Part shown: in pieces, positions 30,660 through 40,909 of the stretch | Layout of the letters: the number at the start of each line of letters is the position of its first letter | How positions within the stretch are numbered: the stretch's first letter is position 1 | Assembly (NCBI GenBank): GCA_963845245.1 | Contig: CAWJRJ010000021.1 | Location: 128,001 to 192,000 of the forward strand | Direction of reading: 5' to 3' | DNA length: 64,000 nt | DNA from: Nitrospirota bacterium | GTDB taxonomy: Bacteria > Nitrospirota > JACRHJ01 | The notes under the pieces: model-generated | What the model was told of the DNA's origin: nothing | Seen by the model: only the letters and a program-made list of their open reading frames with translations | Databases searched by the model: none | Made by a program: the position numbers and the translations under genes

Positions 30660-31196
30660 TTATGGTGTGATGACGCCTCTTATCGCAGGTATCGTAATTG
30701 TTAGAGGCATCGGGTTACTCGCAAAGCTGTTGACCTCGTTGAAGGGCGTTAGCTTTATTAAAACGGATCCGGCTGTATTGGTGCTGTTTGCGACCCCGCT
30801 AAAGTAACAGGCCGCGTCGAAGGTGGTGGTTTCCGTGACGCTGTTCGAATCGACTACGTCGAAAGAGCCGCTTGCGGGTATGTGTCCTATGAGCTTTGTG
30901 CCAGACATAATGATGTCGCCTCCAAAATGGATATGGAGGTTATTTGCGGCTATTACTATATCGCCCGTAACTGTGCCATAGCCACCGCCGTTATCCGTGA
31001 TGGCTATGGTGCAATTGTTAACCTCGCTCGGGTCAGCCTGGATAAGCAGGCTCTTGCTCACAAGCTTGCCAGTAACGTCATTTATAACCGAAGCTTTCAG
31101 CGTTACAGTTTTGACTGTCCCGGCAAAATTGTCCGCATTCGCAACCAGCGGGAGCATAATAAACACCATAAATGCGACCGCAATTATCTTCTTCAT
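30660..31196 (-). CDS. Hypothetical secreted beta-rich protein
   Basis: GGAGGAGG SD, signal peptide MKKII...ANA, Thr/Gly/Asn/Val-rich. Confidence 0.75.
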   Translation of the reverse strand: MKKIIAVAFMVFIMLPLVANADNFAGTVKTVTLKASVINDVTGKLVSKSLLIQADPSEVNNCTIAITDNGGGYGTVTGDIVIAANNLHIHFGGDIIMSGTKLIGHIPASGSFDVVDSNSVTETTTFDAACYFSGVANSTNTAGSVLIKLTPFNEVNSFASNPMPLTITIPAIRGVITP

Positions 31197-31553
31197 GAAA
31201 TCCTCCTCCGTTAACGAAAAATAAATAAACTATGATTCCCTCAACTTACAAATTATGCGCCTTGAGGCCTCTTTGAGGCATCTCCCCCTTTCTGCTTAAA
31301 ATGAGTAGCTTAGTAAAATGTTAATGCCCATGCGTTGCACTCAATTTATTAAACATATTTAATATTTACAAAATTAAACATATTTTCCTCAAAAGTCAAT
31401 ACAAATATCGCCAATTCTATATTTTAGTGACTGCCCCGTATCCACCCAAAACATAAATTTTATGCGTGAAAAAACGCTGTTGCATTAAAATGATTTTATA
31501 TCTATACTTCTCCATTAGTGTGATTATAACGATTTTCAGGAGACTTTACTGAT

Positions 31554-33281
31554 ATGCTTTATTCGAGGCTTTTGATACCCACGATGAAGGAAGACCCCTC
31601 CGAGGCGGAGGTGATTTCCCACAAGCTGATGATGCGCGCGGGCATGATAAGAAAGCTCGCCGCCGGGATTTACACCTACCTGCCGCTTGGCTACAGGGTC
31701 ATAAAGAAGGTCACGGAGATCGTACGGCAGGAGATGGACCGCGCGGGCGCGCAGGAACTTCTTATGCCCGCCGTGCAGCCCGCCGAACTTTGGATAGAGT
31801 CCGGTCGCTGGGACTACTACGGCAAGGAACTGCTGCGGTTCAAGGACCGCCACGGCCGCGACTTCACCATCGGCCCGACGCACGAAGAGGTCATAACCGA
31901 CCTGGTACGCCGTGAGGTCAAGTCATACCGCCAGCTCCCAATGAACCTCTACCAGATACAGACCAAGTTCAGAGACGAGATCCGCCCGCGTTTCGGGCTG
32001 ATGCGCGGTCGCGAGTTCATCATGAAGGACGCGTACAGCTTCCACAAGGACCAGGCATCGGCCGAGGCCGAGTACTGGAACATGTACGAGACATACAAGA
32101 GGATCTTCACCCGCTGCGGCCTGAACTTCCGCGCGGTCGAGGCGGACACCGGCAACATCGGCGGAAGCTTCTCGCACGAGTTCATGGTTCTTGCAGAGAC
32201 GGGCGAGGACTTCATCGCGTCATGCACGCACTGCGACTACGGGGCGAACGTCGAAAAGGCCCCCGCCAGCCGCAAGGCCGCGCCTGCCGAGGCATTCCCG
32301 CCTGCCGACATGGAGGAAGTGCTGACGCCTGAGAAGAAGACAGTTGAGGAGGTCTCCCGCTTCCTGAAGACCAGACCCATCAGGGTTCTGAAGACGCTGA
32401 TATACCAGGCGGACGACAAGGTCGTGGCGGTGCTGGTGCGCGGTGACCACGAGATAAACGAGATAAAGCTGAAGAACGCCCTTAATGCATCAGAGGTTGC
32501 GCTTGCGGACAAGGAAACCGTCGAGCGCGTCACGAACGCCCCCTCCGGCTTCGCCGGGCCGGTTGGCCTCTCAGGAGTTACAATCCTCGCCGATAACGCC
32601 GTAGCCGATATGTCCAACTTCGTGGTTGGCGGCAACAAGAAGGACACGCACATAAAGAACGTGAACGCCCCCCGCGACTTTACGATTGACCGGTTCGAGG
32701 ACCTTCGCAATGTCGTTGCCGGGGACGACTGCCCGCACTGCTCCGAGGGCAAGATAGCTATAGACAAGGGCATCGAGGTCGGCCATATCTTCATGCTCGG
32801 CACGAAGTATTCCGAGGCCCTGTCTTGCACCTTCCTGGACGAGGACGGTTCCGAGAAGCCCATGATAATGGGCTGCTATGGCATAGGTGTCAGCCGCACC
32901 GCCGCCGCCGCGATCGAGCAGAACAACGACGCCAACGGTATCAAGTGGCCGCTGCCGCTTGCTCCGTTCGCGGCAATGGTCCTGCCACTCAACGTGTCAG
33001 AGCCGGGGACGATGGAGGCTGCAAACCTTATCTACGACGGCCTGATGGCTGAGGGCATCGACGTCCTGATGGACGACCGCGACCTTCGCGCCGGCTTCAA
33101 GTTCAAGGATGCCGACCTTATCGGTATCCCGTACATAGTGGTGATAGGCGAGAAGAACCTGAAGGAAGGCCTTGTGGAGTTCAAGGAACGCTCAAGCGGG
33201 ACAGTGACGAAGATCAAGGTAGAGGAAGCCGTGAGTACTATGACGGGGGTGATCAAAGGTGAAAAAGGTCCTGGTTGTTGA
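31554..33281 (+). CDS. proS: Proline--tRNA ligase (with editing insert)
   Basis: [47 protein letters not shown]. Confidence 0.97.
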   Translation: MLYSRLLIPTMKEDPSEAEVISHKLMMRAGMIRKLAAGIYTYLPLGYRVIKKVTEIVRQEMDRAGAQELLMPAVQPAELWIESGRWDYYGKELLRFKDRHGRDFTIGPTHEEVITDLVRREVKSYRQLPMNLYQIQTKFRDEIRPRFGLMRGREFIMKDAYSFHKDQASAEAEYWNMYETYKRIFTRCGLNFRAVEADTGNIGGSFSHEFMVLAETGEDFIASCTHCDYGANVEKAPASRKAAPAEAFPPADMEEVLTPEKKTVEEVSRFLKTRPIRVLKTLIYQADDKVVAVLVRGDHEINEIKLKNALNASEVALADKETVERVTNAPSGFAGPVGLSGVTILADNAVADMSNFVVGGNKKDTHIKNVNAPRDFTIDRFEDLRNVVAGDDCPHCSEGKIAIDKGIEVGHIFMLGTKYSEALSCTFLDEDGSEKPMIMGCYGIGVSRTAAAAIEQNNDANGIKWPLPLAPFAAMVLPLNVSEPGTMEAANLIYDGLMAEGIDVLMDDRDLRAGFKFKDADLIGIPYIVVIGEKNLKEGLVEFKERSSGTVTKIKVEEAVSTMTGVIKGEKGPGC

Positions 33282-33951
33282 TAACGTAAAGTCCATTCTG
33301 GAAAGGGAAAAGAGCCTTCTTAACCGGGACACATTCCTGGTGTTCTCCGCGACAAGCGGGGAGGAGGCCCTCCAGGTACACAAAAAAGAGAAGGCCGACA
33401 TAATAATAATGGACCTGGACATGCCGGGCATGCCGGGAGACGAAGTCTGCCGTGCCATAAGGGCCGACGATGAGCTGAAAAAGGTATCGATCATCCTGGC
33501 TACGCTGTATAGCGGCGAAGCGGAGACTGAACGCTGCAAAGCGGCCGGGGCGAACGCGTGCATTAAAAAGCCCATAAACAGGGACGAACTTGCGGAGAAA
33601 ATGGCCACACTCCTTGGGATCCCGGCCAGACAGGCCATAAGGATACTGGTCAAGGTAAAGGTGGAGGGCAAGGTCGGTAGCGACTTCTTTATTGCCAATA
33701 CCGTGGACGTCAGCGTTACTGGCCTGCTGTTTGAATGCGACCACGACTTAGCTTCGGGAGACATGATAGAAACGTCGTTCTTTTTGCCCGGTAACGGCGG
33801 CTACCACAGGGTGGTCGCAAAATCGCAGCTGATGCGCTCGGTCCCCAGCGAAGGCTCGCTGAAGCGGTACGGCGTCAGGTTCACGGAGTTTGCGGAAGGG
33901 ACCCCGGAGCAGATCGGCGAGTTCATAGCAAAAAAGACCGGCAAACATTGA
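33259..33951 (+). CDS. Receiver-domain + PilZ-domain protein
   Basis: IIMDLDMPG and IKKP receiver motifs; RQAIR (RxxxR) and DVSVTG (DxSxxG) PilZ motifs. Confidence 0.85.
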   Translation: MKKVLVVDNVKSILEREKSLLNRDTFLVFSATSGEEALQVHKKEKADIIIMDLDMPGMPGDEVCRAIRADDELKKVSIILATLYSGEAETERCKAAGANACIKKPINRDELAEKMATLLGIPARQAIRILVKVKVEGKVGSDFFIANTVDVSVTGLLFECDHDLASGDMIETSFFLPGNGGYHRVVAKSQLMRSVPSEGSLKRYGVRFTEFAEGTPEQIGEFIAKKTGKH

Positions 33952-33962
33952 GTTCCGGGCAT

Positions 33963-33987
33963 AAAAAACGCCGCTTGATTGCGGCGT
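33963..33987 (-). terminator. Intrinsic terminator
   Basis: ACGCCGC-TTGATT-GCGGCGT with adjacent A run. Confidence 0.6.
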
Positions 33988-34011
33988 CCAAGATAGGCAT
34001 GTAGATGCTTG

Positions 34012-34209
34012 TCAGGCGGCTTTCCCGCCTCTTTTTTCGGTGGATTCCCTTGCCGTTTCCGTTTTTCCGGCTTTCATGAACTGGTCCGGGTTCTTGATGA
34101 ACTTCGATTGACAGTCGTGACTGCAGAAGAACATCTTCCTGCCCCCGTGCAGCGTGGTGAACTTCGTATCCTCACCGACGTCCATGCCGCATACTGCATC
34201 CTGTTTCAT
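34012..34209 (-). CDS. YHS-domain protein
   Basis: DAVCGMDV...FFCSHDCQSKFIKNP; GGAGG SD. Confidence 0.85.
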   Translation of the reverse strand: MKQDAVCGMDVGEDTKFTTLHGGRKMFFCSHDCQSKFIKNPDQFMKAGKTETARESTEKRGGKAA

Positions 34210-34332
34210 AATAACACCTCCTATTGTAATCTACTGTTGATAATTATAGCACTACATTGAGAATCCCGCTCATGAGGGGTTATCCTCTTATTAAACTTGA
34301 ATTTACAGCGTTACTCTGGTATGATTTCAGCC

Positions 34333-35019
34333 ATGGAAAGGCCTCTGAACCTTATAATCGACTGCGACGACACCCTCTGGGAAAACAACCGTTTTTTCCT
34401 TGAGGCACACAAAAAATTCGTCCGGCTGATGGAGTCGCAAGGGCACGATACCGCGAAGGCGGACAGCCTGCTTTTGCGGCTTGAGATGGAAAATGTGCCC
34501 AGGTACGGTTACGGGGCCCGCAGCCAGGCCATGTCCATGGCCGACGTCTACCGCCTCCTGGAGCCGGAACCGGACGCGTCCGTCCTTGAATCCATCAGGG
34601 CGATAGGCGACGAGGTTTTCAACCACCCGGTATGCCTGTTCCCCGGCGTGGAGGACACGCTCCGGAAGCTCTCCACCCGATACCGCATGCTGATGCTCAC
34701 CAAGGGGAACCGCGACGAGCAGATGGGCAAGATAGAAAAATCCCCGGTACGCGGATATTTCCAGCATACGAAGGTGGTGGAGGAGAAGGACAAGGAGACC
34801 TTGAGGGGCGTGCTTGACGAGTTCGACATGGCGCCGCACGAGACCTGGATGATAGGCGACTCGCCGCGTTCCGACATCATGCCCGCGCTTCAAAACGGCG
34901 TCAAGTCCGTCTACATACCTTTTTCCATGACCTGGGCGCTGGAGCACCAGGAACTTCCGCCTTCCGAGCATATCATCACGGTGGAGGCCTTTGACCGTCT
35001 CTCCGGCCTTTTACTTTAA
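34333..35019 (+). CDS. HAD-superfamily hydrolase
   Basis: DCDDTLWEN, LTKG, MIGDSPRSDI. Confidence 0.88.
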   Translation: MERPLNLIIDCDDTLWENNRFFLEAHKKFVRLMESQGHDTAKADSLLLRLEMENVPRYGYGARSQAMSMADVYRLLEPEPDASVLESIRAIGDEVFNHPVCLFPGVEDTLRKLSTRYRMLMLTKGNRDEQMGKIEKSPVRGYFQHTKVVEEKDKETLRGVLDEFDMAPHETWMIGDSPRSDIMPALQNGVKSVYIPFSMTWALEHQELPPSEHIITVEAFDRLSGLLL

Positions 35020-35021
35020 TT

Positions 35022-36156
35022 ATGACAAAGAAAAAACCACAGGTTGCTGCCATCGTCCAACGCCCGGGAGCGCCGAGTTCCTCCAGGACGTCCTCTACAG
35101 CGTGACAGAGGGCATACTGGTCTTCGACGACGACATGAGGCTGGTGTTCGCGAACCGGGCCGCAGAGGAGATGGCGCTTGTCCAGGCCGACGAGCCCGGC
35201 AAGGAGGCAGACGAGACTATAGGGCATATCAATGCCCCGATTGCGGACCTGGTCTCAAGGACGCTTGAGTCCGGCAGGCAGCATACCGGCTTTACCGCCG
35301 AGCTGTATCGCCCGGACGGCACCGTCGTGCCGGTGGAGGCTTCGGCCTCGCCCATGGAGGATTCCGAGGGCCAGACCGCAGGCGTCGTGCTCGTGCTGCG
35401 TGAGGCCTCGAAGATCCGGGAGCTTGAGGACGCCATTAAGAAGTCCGAGCGCCTTGCATACCTGGGCACGATGGCGGCCTCCGTCGCACATGAGATACGA
35501 AACCCGCTCGGCGGCATAAAAGGCGCCTCCCAGCTTCTGCGTGACGAAATAAAGGGCCTCCCGAACGAGGAGTCCCTCTCCGAGTATATTGGCGTCATCA
35601 TCAAGCAGGTGGACCGCCTCACCGGGATACTCGATTCGCTTAAAGGCCTCGGCAAGCCGCTTGCGCAAAGGCTCGCACCGGTAAACCTCCACAGCGTCCT
35701 CGACGAGGCGCTTACCCTTCTCGCCCCGGACATAAAGAAGTCAAAGCTGAAGGTTAAGAGGGAGTACGACCCCAGCATGCCGGAGGTCGAAGGCGACGAG
35801 GCGGGCCTGTCCGGCGTCTTCATAAACCTTATAAAAAACGCGGTGGAGGCCATGCCCGCGGGCGGCGTCCTCACGCTAGGCACCGGCATACCGTCCGACT
35901 TCCTCTATTCCACCATAAAGACCGAAAAAGGCAGGAAGACGATGATCGCCGTGAAGGTCTCCGATACCGGGGCGGGCATTACCCGGATGCGATGAAGGAG
36001 ATATTCAACCCGTTTTACTCCACCAAGGGCGGCGGGCTGGGCCTCGGGCTCGCGCTGTCGCTGAAGGTAATCGAGGAGCACGGCGGGACGATAAAGGTGG
36101 ACAGCGAGCCAGGCCGTGGGACTACATTTACGGTATACCTGCCGGTGTATAGATAG
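35022..36156 (+). CDS. PAS histidine kinase, NtrB/GlnL-like (indels near 35060 and 35985)
   Basis: AHEIRNPLGGIKGASQLL H-box, REYDPSMPE, NLIKNAVEA, DTGAGI, IFNPFYSTKGGGLGLGL. Confidence 0.82.
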
Positions 36157-36191
36157 CCTCTACCTTCCCGTCTTTTTTGATATATTAAATC

Positions 36192-36795
36192 ATGTCTGAC
36201 ATAATCAGAAGACAGTAACACGCGGGTAACTGCTCCATCAACTGCCTGAAATCCGGCAGCTCAAAGGGCAGGGACATCCTGCTTCTGCACGGGATGAGCT
36301 TTCAGGCGCAGACATGGCGCGACCTGGGGACACTTGAACGTATTGGGCGACGCGGGCTACGACGTCACGGCGATAGACATGCCGGGCTTCGGGCTCACCA
36401 AGAAATGCGGGATGGGGCCGGACGCGGTGCTTGAGAAGTTCCTTGAGGTGGAGGGCCTTCGGAAACCGGTGCTGGTCGGGCCTTCGATGGGCGGCAGGAT
36501 AAGCCTGAACTTCGCGCTCGACCACCCGGGCCTTGTCGGCGGGCTGGTGCTCATCGGCTGCGTCAGCGTGGAGGAGAACCGCGACAGGCTCTCCACGATA
36601 AAGGTCCCGACGCTTATCGTCTGGGGCAGCAACGACCACATCGCGCCGCTGTCTAACGCGGAACTATTGCATAGCGAGATTAAAGGCTCAAGGCTTCTGA
36701 TAATCGACGGCGCGCGCCACCCGGCCTATCTGGACAACCCCGTACTCTGGCATAGTGAGTTGACTGGATTTTATGAAAGAATTGCTTCTAATTAG
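36192..36795 (+). CDS. Alpha/beta hydrolase (ABHD14-like; indels in the 5' part)
   Basis: LLHGMSFQAQTWRDLGT, DMPGFG, GPSMGG nucleophile, GARHPAY. Confidence 0.8.
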
Positions 36796-36861
36796 GGGCC
36801 GACCTCACCTTAGGCGGAGAGCCGGAAGATTAACATCCTCGCCTGAGCGGGTGTCGGCCCT
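36794..36861 (+). repeat. GTAG-type REP-like hairpin (family B) carrying an internal insert
   Basis: TAGGGGCCGAC-[CTCACCTTAGGCG...CGCCTGAGCGG]-GTGTCGGCCCT. Confidence 0.75.
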
Positions 36862-36864
36862 GCT

Positions 36865-37200
36865 TTATTCTCCTAGCATTCCTTGCTCGCAGCATCCAGC
36901 AGTTCGCTCAACTCCGCGATAATCCTTCTTCTCGTCTTCCACCACCTCGACAAGCTGGTCCTCGGCGTAGCCCTTCTTCAACCCGGCGGGTCTTACCGAC
37001 ACTAGCTTTACTGCGCTCTTGACGGGATGTGTCTTGATCGTCGTGTAGGCGCGTACTATGGCCGCAACGGTCGCCTCCTGCAGGATGATCGTTTCTCCGG
37101 CGCGGTCGGTGAGGGCGAGCCGCAGGTGCTGGTGGCCTTGCGGCACGGCTAGAATCGCGGTCTCGACATCATTGTTGCAAAGGAGAGTCTTCTTGTTCAC
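36865..37200 (-). CDS. Hypothetical protein
   Basis: GGAGG SD plus GTG; PQGHQHLR...LQEATVAAIVRAYTTIKTHP...GYAEDQLVE reads as a folded domain; last gene of the operon. Confidence 0.7.
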   Translation of the reverse strand: MNKKTLLCNNDVETAILAVPQGHQHLRLALTDRAGETIILQEATVAAIVRAYTTIKTHPVKSAVKLVSVRPAGLKKGYAEDQLVEVVEDEKKDYRGVERTAGCCEQGMLGE

Positions 37201-37208
37201 AGGGCCTC

Positions 37209-37664
37209 CTATGGCGGGCCATACCACCAGAAATCGCGTGGTCGCGGGTGGTGGCGGTAGTGGTGGTGCCTCCGGTAATATGCATCGTCGTCCAGGTCGT
37301 CATCGTCGTCGTCATCGTCCTTCTTTTTCTTCGCCTCTTTCTTTTCTTTTTCCTTCTTTTCCTTGTCCGCCTTTTCCTTGTCGGAAAGTTTAGCCGTCTT
37401 GCCCTTTGCGTCCTTCCCCTTCGTGGTGGCGGTCTTGTCCGTCTTCTTTGCCCCGGCTTTTTCAACCTTCTTCGAGTCGGTTTCTTTCTTTGAGTCGGCA
37501 GCCTTCTTGGTATCTGCGGATTTCTGGGCGGTGGTGGACGCGGAGGCGGCAGGAGCGGCGGACTTGTCGTCCTTCTTGGCATCCTTCTGGCCGGCGCAGG
37601 ATATCAGCGAGATGGATAGTAGAAAAAATACGGTTGACAGCAGCAGTGCCTTGATCGGCCTCAT
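37209..37664 (-). CDS. Low-complexity lipoprotein (Lys/Ala-rich, poly-Asp, His/aromatic tail)
   Basis: Lipobox LISC; start overlaps the upstream stop, stop overlaps the downstream SD. Confidence 0.75.
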   Translation of the reverse strand: MRPIKALLLSTVFFLLSISLISCAGQKDAKKDDKSAAPAASASTTAQKSADTKKAADSKKETDSKKVEKAGAKKTDKTATTKGKDAKGKTAKLSDKEKADKEKKEKEKKEAKKKKDDDDDDDDLDDDAYYRRHHHYRHHPRPRDFWWYGPP

Positions 37665-38701
37665 TGGCCCTCCTTCAGTTTTTCTTTAAGCTCGATTATC
37701 CGCATCTCCCGCCCAACGGCGAACTTGCGGAACCGCTCCAGGTCGTCCACCTTCTGCTTGAGTTCCTGGTAGAGCAGGGAGTTCTCTATTACGACACCTA
37801 TGTAGCTGCCGATGGTGTTCAGGGTGTCGAGCTTGCCGGGGTCTATCCCGTCGTACATCGCTGACCCGGCCGTGAGGACGCCGATCACGTTGCCCTTTGC
37901 CATGATGGGTATTGCCGTCCAGGTCTGGACGCCCTCGGCCTTTATGTCCGGGTGCGATCTTCCCTGCTGTGTTCTTCCAGGCGTTCCCTTGCGAAGAAAG
38001 GTTTTCCAACCAGGACCTCCCTTTTGAGCCAGGGCTCATCCAGGCTCCTTGTGCTGGCCTTCTTCAAAAAAGTGTCCGACAGCCCCTCGCTCAGCTTCAG
38101 TACCAGCAAATCTTTTTCTATCAGGTATATGCCCAGATAATGCACATCGAGGAAATCCTTTACCTGCTTTATGACCGCAGACAAAACCTTGTCCATCTCA
38201 AGGGATTTGCTGATGGACATCGCTATCCTGTTCAAGACCGAGAGTTCCCTGTTCTTGGAGAGTATCTCCCGGGCGTCCTTTTCCATCTGTTCGGAGGACT
38301 CCTGGAGCATCATTCAGCGATGTTTCGATCTCCTTCTTGGCCTCGGCCAGGGTGCCGTATCTCTCGCTCGCGCTCGCGATGTCTTTATAGAGGAAGAACA
38401 GTATGCCGACGATGACGAAGGTGAGGCTGTTGACCCCCCCGGTCAACGGCGATATCGCTTTGGACATCTCCTTGTTTCCGGTAAATGTCAGGATCCTTAG
38501 TATGATATGTCCCGTTGCGTGCGAGAAGGCGAAGATGCAAAGCGCGATCACCTGCCATTGCAGGTACATCCATATCGGGACGCCAGGCCGCAGCGAACGT
38601 ATCTTTTTTACCTGGAACAACAGGAAAATGGCCAGGGCGAGGAGCAATATACCCGAAATGAAGTCTATTACCCATATGGGCATGAGGCTGGCGGTCATCA
38701 A
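37661..38701 (-). CDS. Multi-TM sensor + GAF + coiled-coil protein without output domain (indels near 38310 and 37950)
   Basis: PIWVIDFISG...FSHATGHI TM region, ELSVLNRIA...IENSLLYQEL GAF, ends ERFRKFAVGREMRIIELK. Confidence 0.72.
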
Positions 38702-39141
38702 GCCGAGCCCCCCTTTTCGAGCTGCTTCCTTATCTTGTATGTGCCGATGGCCATCATGACGAATGCCGGTACCAGCAGGAAATATTCTACCAGCCGGCTC
38801 AGATAATATATAGTGGCCTTAAGGGAGCCAAGCGTTACTGCCGTTGGGCTTATCGAGTCCTGAACCTCTTTTGACAGGCCTTCCAGCAGGTGGCTTACCA
38901 ATGCGTCCGTGTTCCAGAGTATGAAAAATACCGCGGCAAAACGGATATACTTCCATCCCTCAAGCATCGACGCCGACGGTTTTTTGAGGACTATGTATAT
39001 ATAGACCATCGCGGCAATGAAAAACACGTGCCCTATCTGGTGGACATAGAAACCTTCCGCGCCCTGATGCTCCTGTATGGCAAAGGCGTTGCCCGCATTG
39101 AGGAGTATTAAAAGGAATACTGCGAAACCGACTTTTTTCAA
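38698..39141 (-). CDS. His-containing membrane protein
   Basis: Signal peptide then IQEHQGAEGFYVHQIGHVFF, 3 TM, WNTDALVSH. Confidence 0.72.
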   Translation of the reverse strand: MKKVGFAVFLLILLNAGNAFAIQEHQGAEGFYVHQIGHVFFIAAMVYIYIVLKKPSASMLEGWKYIRFAAVFFILWNTDALVSHLLEGLSKEVQDSISPTAVTLGSLKATIYYLSRLVEYFLLVPAFVMMAIGTYKIRKQLEKGGSA

Positions 39142-39212
39142 TTAGGCCGCCCTTGGTAAACGCTTATAAAATAATATGATTTGTCCAACAATATACCATT
39201 TGGATAAAAAAT

Positions 39213-39225
39213 AATCAATAAGTTA
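39213..39225 (+). promoter_or_regulatory. Putative IHF binding site
   Basis: AATCAATAAGTTA matches WATCAANNNNTTR in a divergent promoter region. Confidence 0.45.
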
Positions 39226-39323
39226 GCGTCTGTTTGTTAATGCTGGATTTATCTGATTAAAACAGGTATAATTCCGAAGAGTACCCATCCCCCTAAAAAA
39301 ACTCCTTGGCAGGTAAAAAAACC

Positions 39324-39352
39324 TTGACAATACATAGTGGTTTAATTAGCAT
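39324..39352 (+). promoter_or_regulatory. Sigma70-type promoter
   Basis: TTGACA-17 bp-TAGCAT upstream of the hdrBC-like gene. Confidence 0.6.
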
Positions 39353-39390
39353 AAAAATTCACCCTTAGGGGGTAGTTGTTTTCGGAGGGA

Positions 39391-40712
39391 ATGATGAAGA
39401 GTTACGTTTTTTTCTGGGGTTGTACGATTCCGGCCCGGTTTGCCTTCCAGGAGAAGGCTGTCAGGCTCGTCGCCGAGAGGATGGAGGTCGGGATAACCGA
39501 CCTCGACGGTTTTACCTGCTGTCCCGAAAAAGAGCTTGTCAAGAGCATGGGTGACGAGCTCTGGCTTCTTACGGCCGCGAGGAACCTCGCCCTTGCCGAA
39601 CAGACCGGGCCAGGACCTGGTAACGCCGTGCAACGGCTGTTACGGCACGCTCAAGGGCGCAAAGGCCGAGCTTAAGGCCAACCCGAAGCTGATGGCCCAT
39701 GTCAACGAGCGGCTTGCCGAGATAGGCATGGAGTACAAGGGGAAGATCAAGGTCTATCACCTGCTTGAGCTGTTCCATGACGTCCTGTCCCCGGCCAAGA
39801 TCGCCACATATGTAAAGAAGCCCTTGAAGGGCATGCGCATAGGCGTCCATTACGGCTGCCACATGATGCGCCCGGCGAAGGTGCTCAATTTCGACGACCC
39901 GATAAAGCCGGTAAAGTTCGACGCGCTTGTCTCCGCGCTCGGCGCGAAGTCGCTCGACTACTCCACGAAGATGCTCTGCTGCGGCGGCGGTCTAAGCAAC
40001 GTCGGCAACGTCTCCGAAGGCCAGACCCTGGTGCGGCGCAAGCTCCAGGACCTGAAGGGCATGGAGGCCGACGCCATGACGACCGTCTGCCCGTCCTGCT
40101 ACTCGCAGTACGACATGCAGCAGTTCATGCTCGCGAGGGAAGGCGAGAAATACAACATACCGGTCATCTCCTACCAGGAGCTGCTGGCCCTTTCCATGGG
40201 CTTCACGCCCGAGGAGATCGGCATGGACATGCACAAGGTGGATACCGCCGCGTTCATGAATAAATGGGAGAAGAACCTGGGCCGCCACTTGAAGGCTAAG
40301 GAGATTATCGACGTGGCCTCGGTCGAGAGGTGCGTGGCATGCGCGGCCTGCGTCAACGACTGCCCGGTGACGCTCAGCCTCGAAGGCGTCAACCTGCACG
40401 ACATGATGAAGACGCGTCCTCACCGAAGACCTGGAAGAACTTATAAAGTCGCCGGACATCTGGCGCTGCGTCGAGTGCCACACCTGCAAGGAGCTCTGCC
40501 CGCAGTGCTACGGCATGGAGGAGGTATTCCACAAGCTGAAGCACGAGGCCATAGCCGCGGGCTGCACACAGCAGGCCACCAAGAAGGCGATGGAGATGTT
40601 CCTGCAGACCGGCCGCCTGGGCGAGCCGTCGAAGTCACAGAGGAAGAAGCTCGGTCTGAAGGACGCCCCGAAGACGGGCACAGAAGACCTGATGAAACTG
40701 ATAAAGAAGTAG
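39391..40712 (+). CDS. Heterodisulfide reductase HdrB-like protein fused to a C-terminal HdrC-like 2x[4Fe-4S] domain (indels near 39610 and 40412)
   Basis: FWGC...TCCP...AARNLALAE...PCNGC; VHYGCH...CCGGG...VCPSC; then CVACAACVNDCP (same frame) and IWRCVECHTCKELCPQ. Confidence 0.85.
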
Positions 40713-40729
40713 GACATCTTTCCGACATT

Positions 40730-40879
40730 TAGGGGCCGACCCGTGTGTCGGCCCTGGTTTAAACTGATTTATTATTTGTCACCCCCGCGAAGGCGGGGTC
40801 CAGGAACTTGGATGTTTAAACTTCCTGGATTCCTGCTTCCGGGAATGACGGACTTAAGGCGAAGACGGTCGGCCCCTAC
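40730..40879. repeat. Nested composite palindrome (family B > C ... C < B)
   Basis: B at 40730-40755, C at 40778-40804, inverted C at 40824-40849, inverted B end at 40868-40879. Confidence 0.8.
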
Positions 40880-40909
40880 TATGGTAGGGTTTTTGGAGGA
40901 ATTAGAAAA

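Noticed and set aside
39391..40712. Evidence for methanogenesis or archaeal origin of the contig
   Set aside because: HdrB-like proteins are widespread in bacteria; surrounding genes (Omp85, PagL-like, MEP pathway, sigma54) are bacterial diderm
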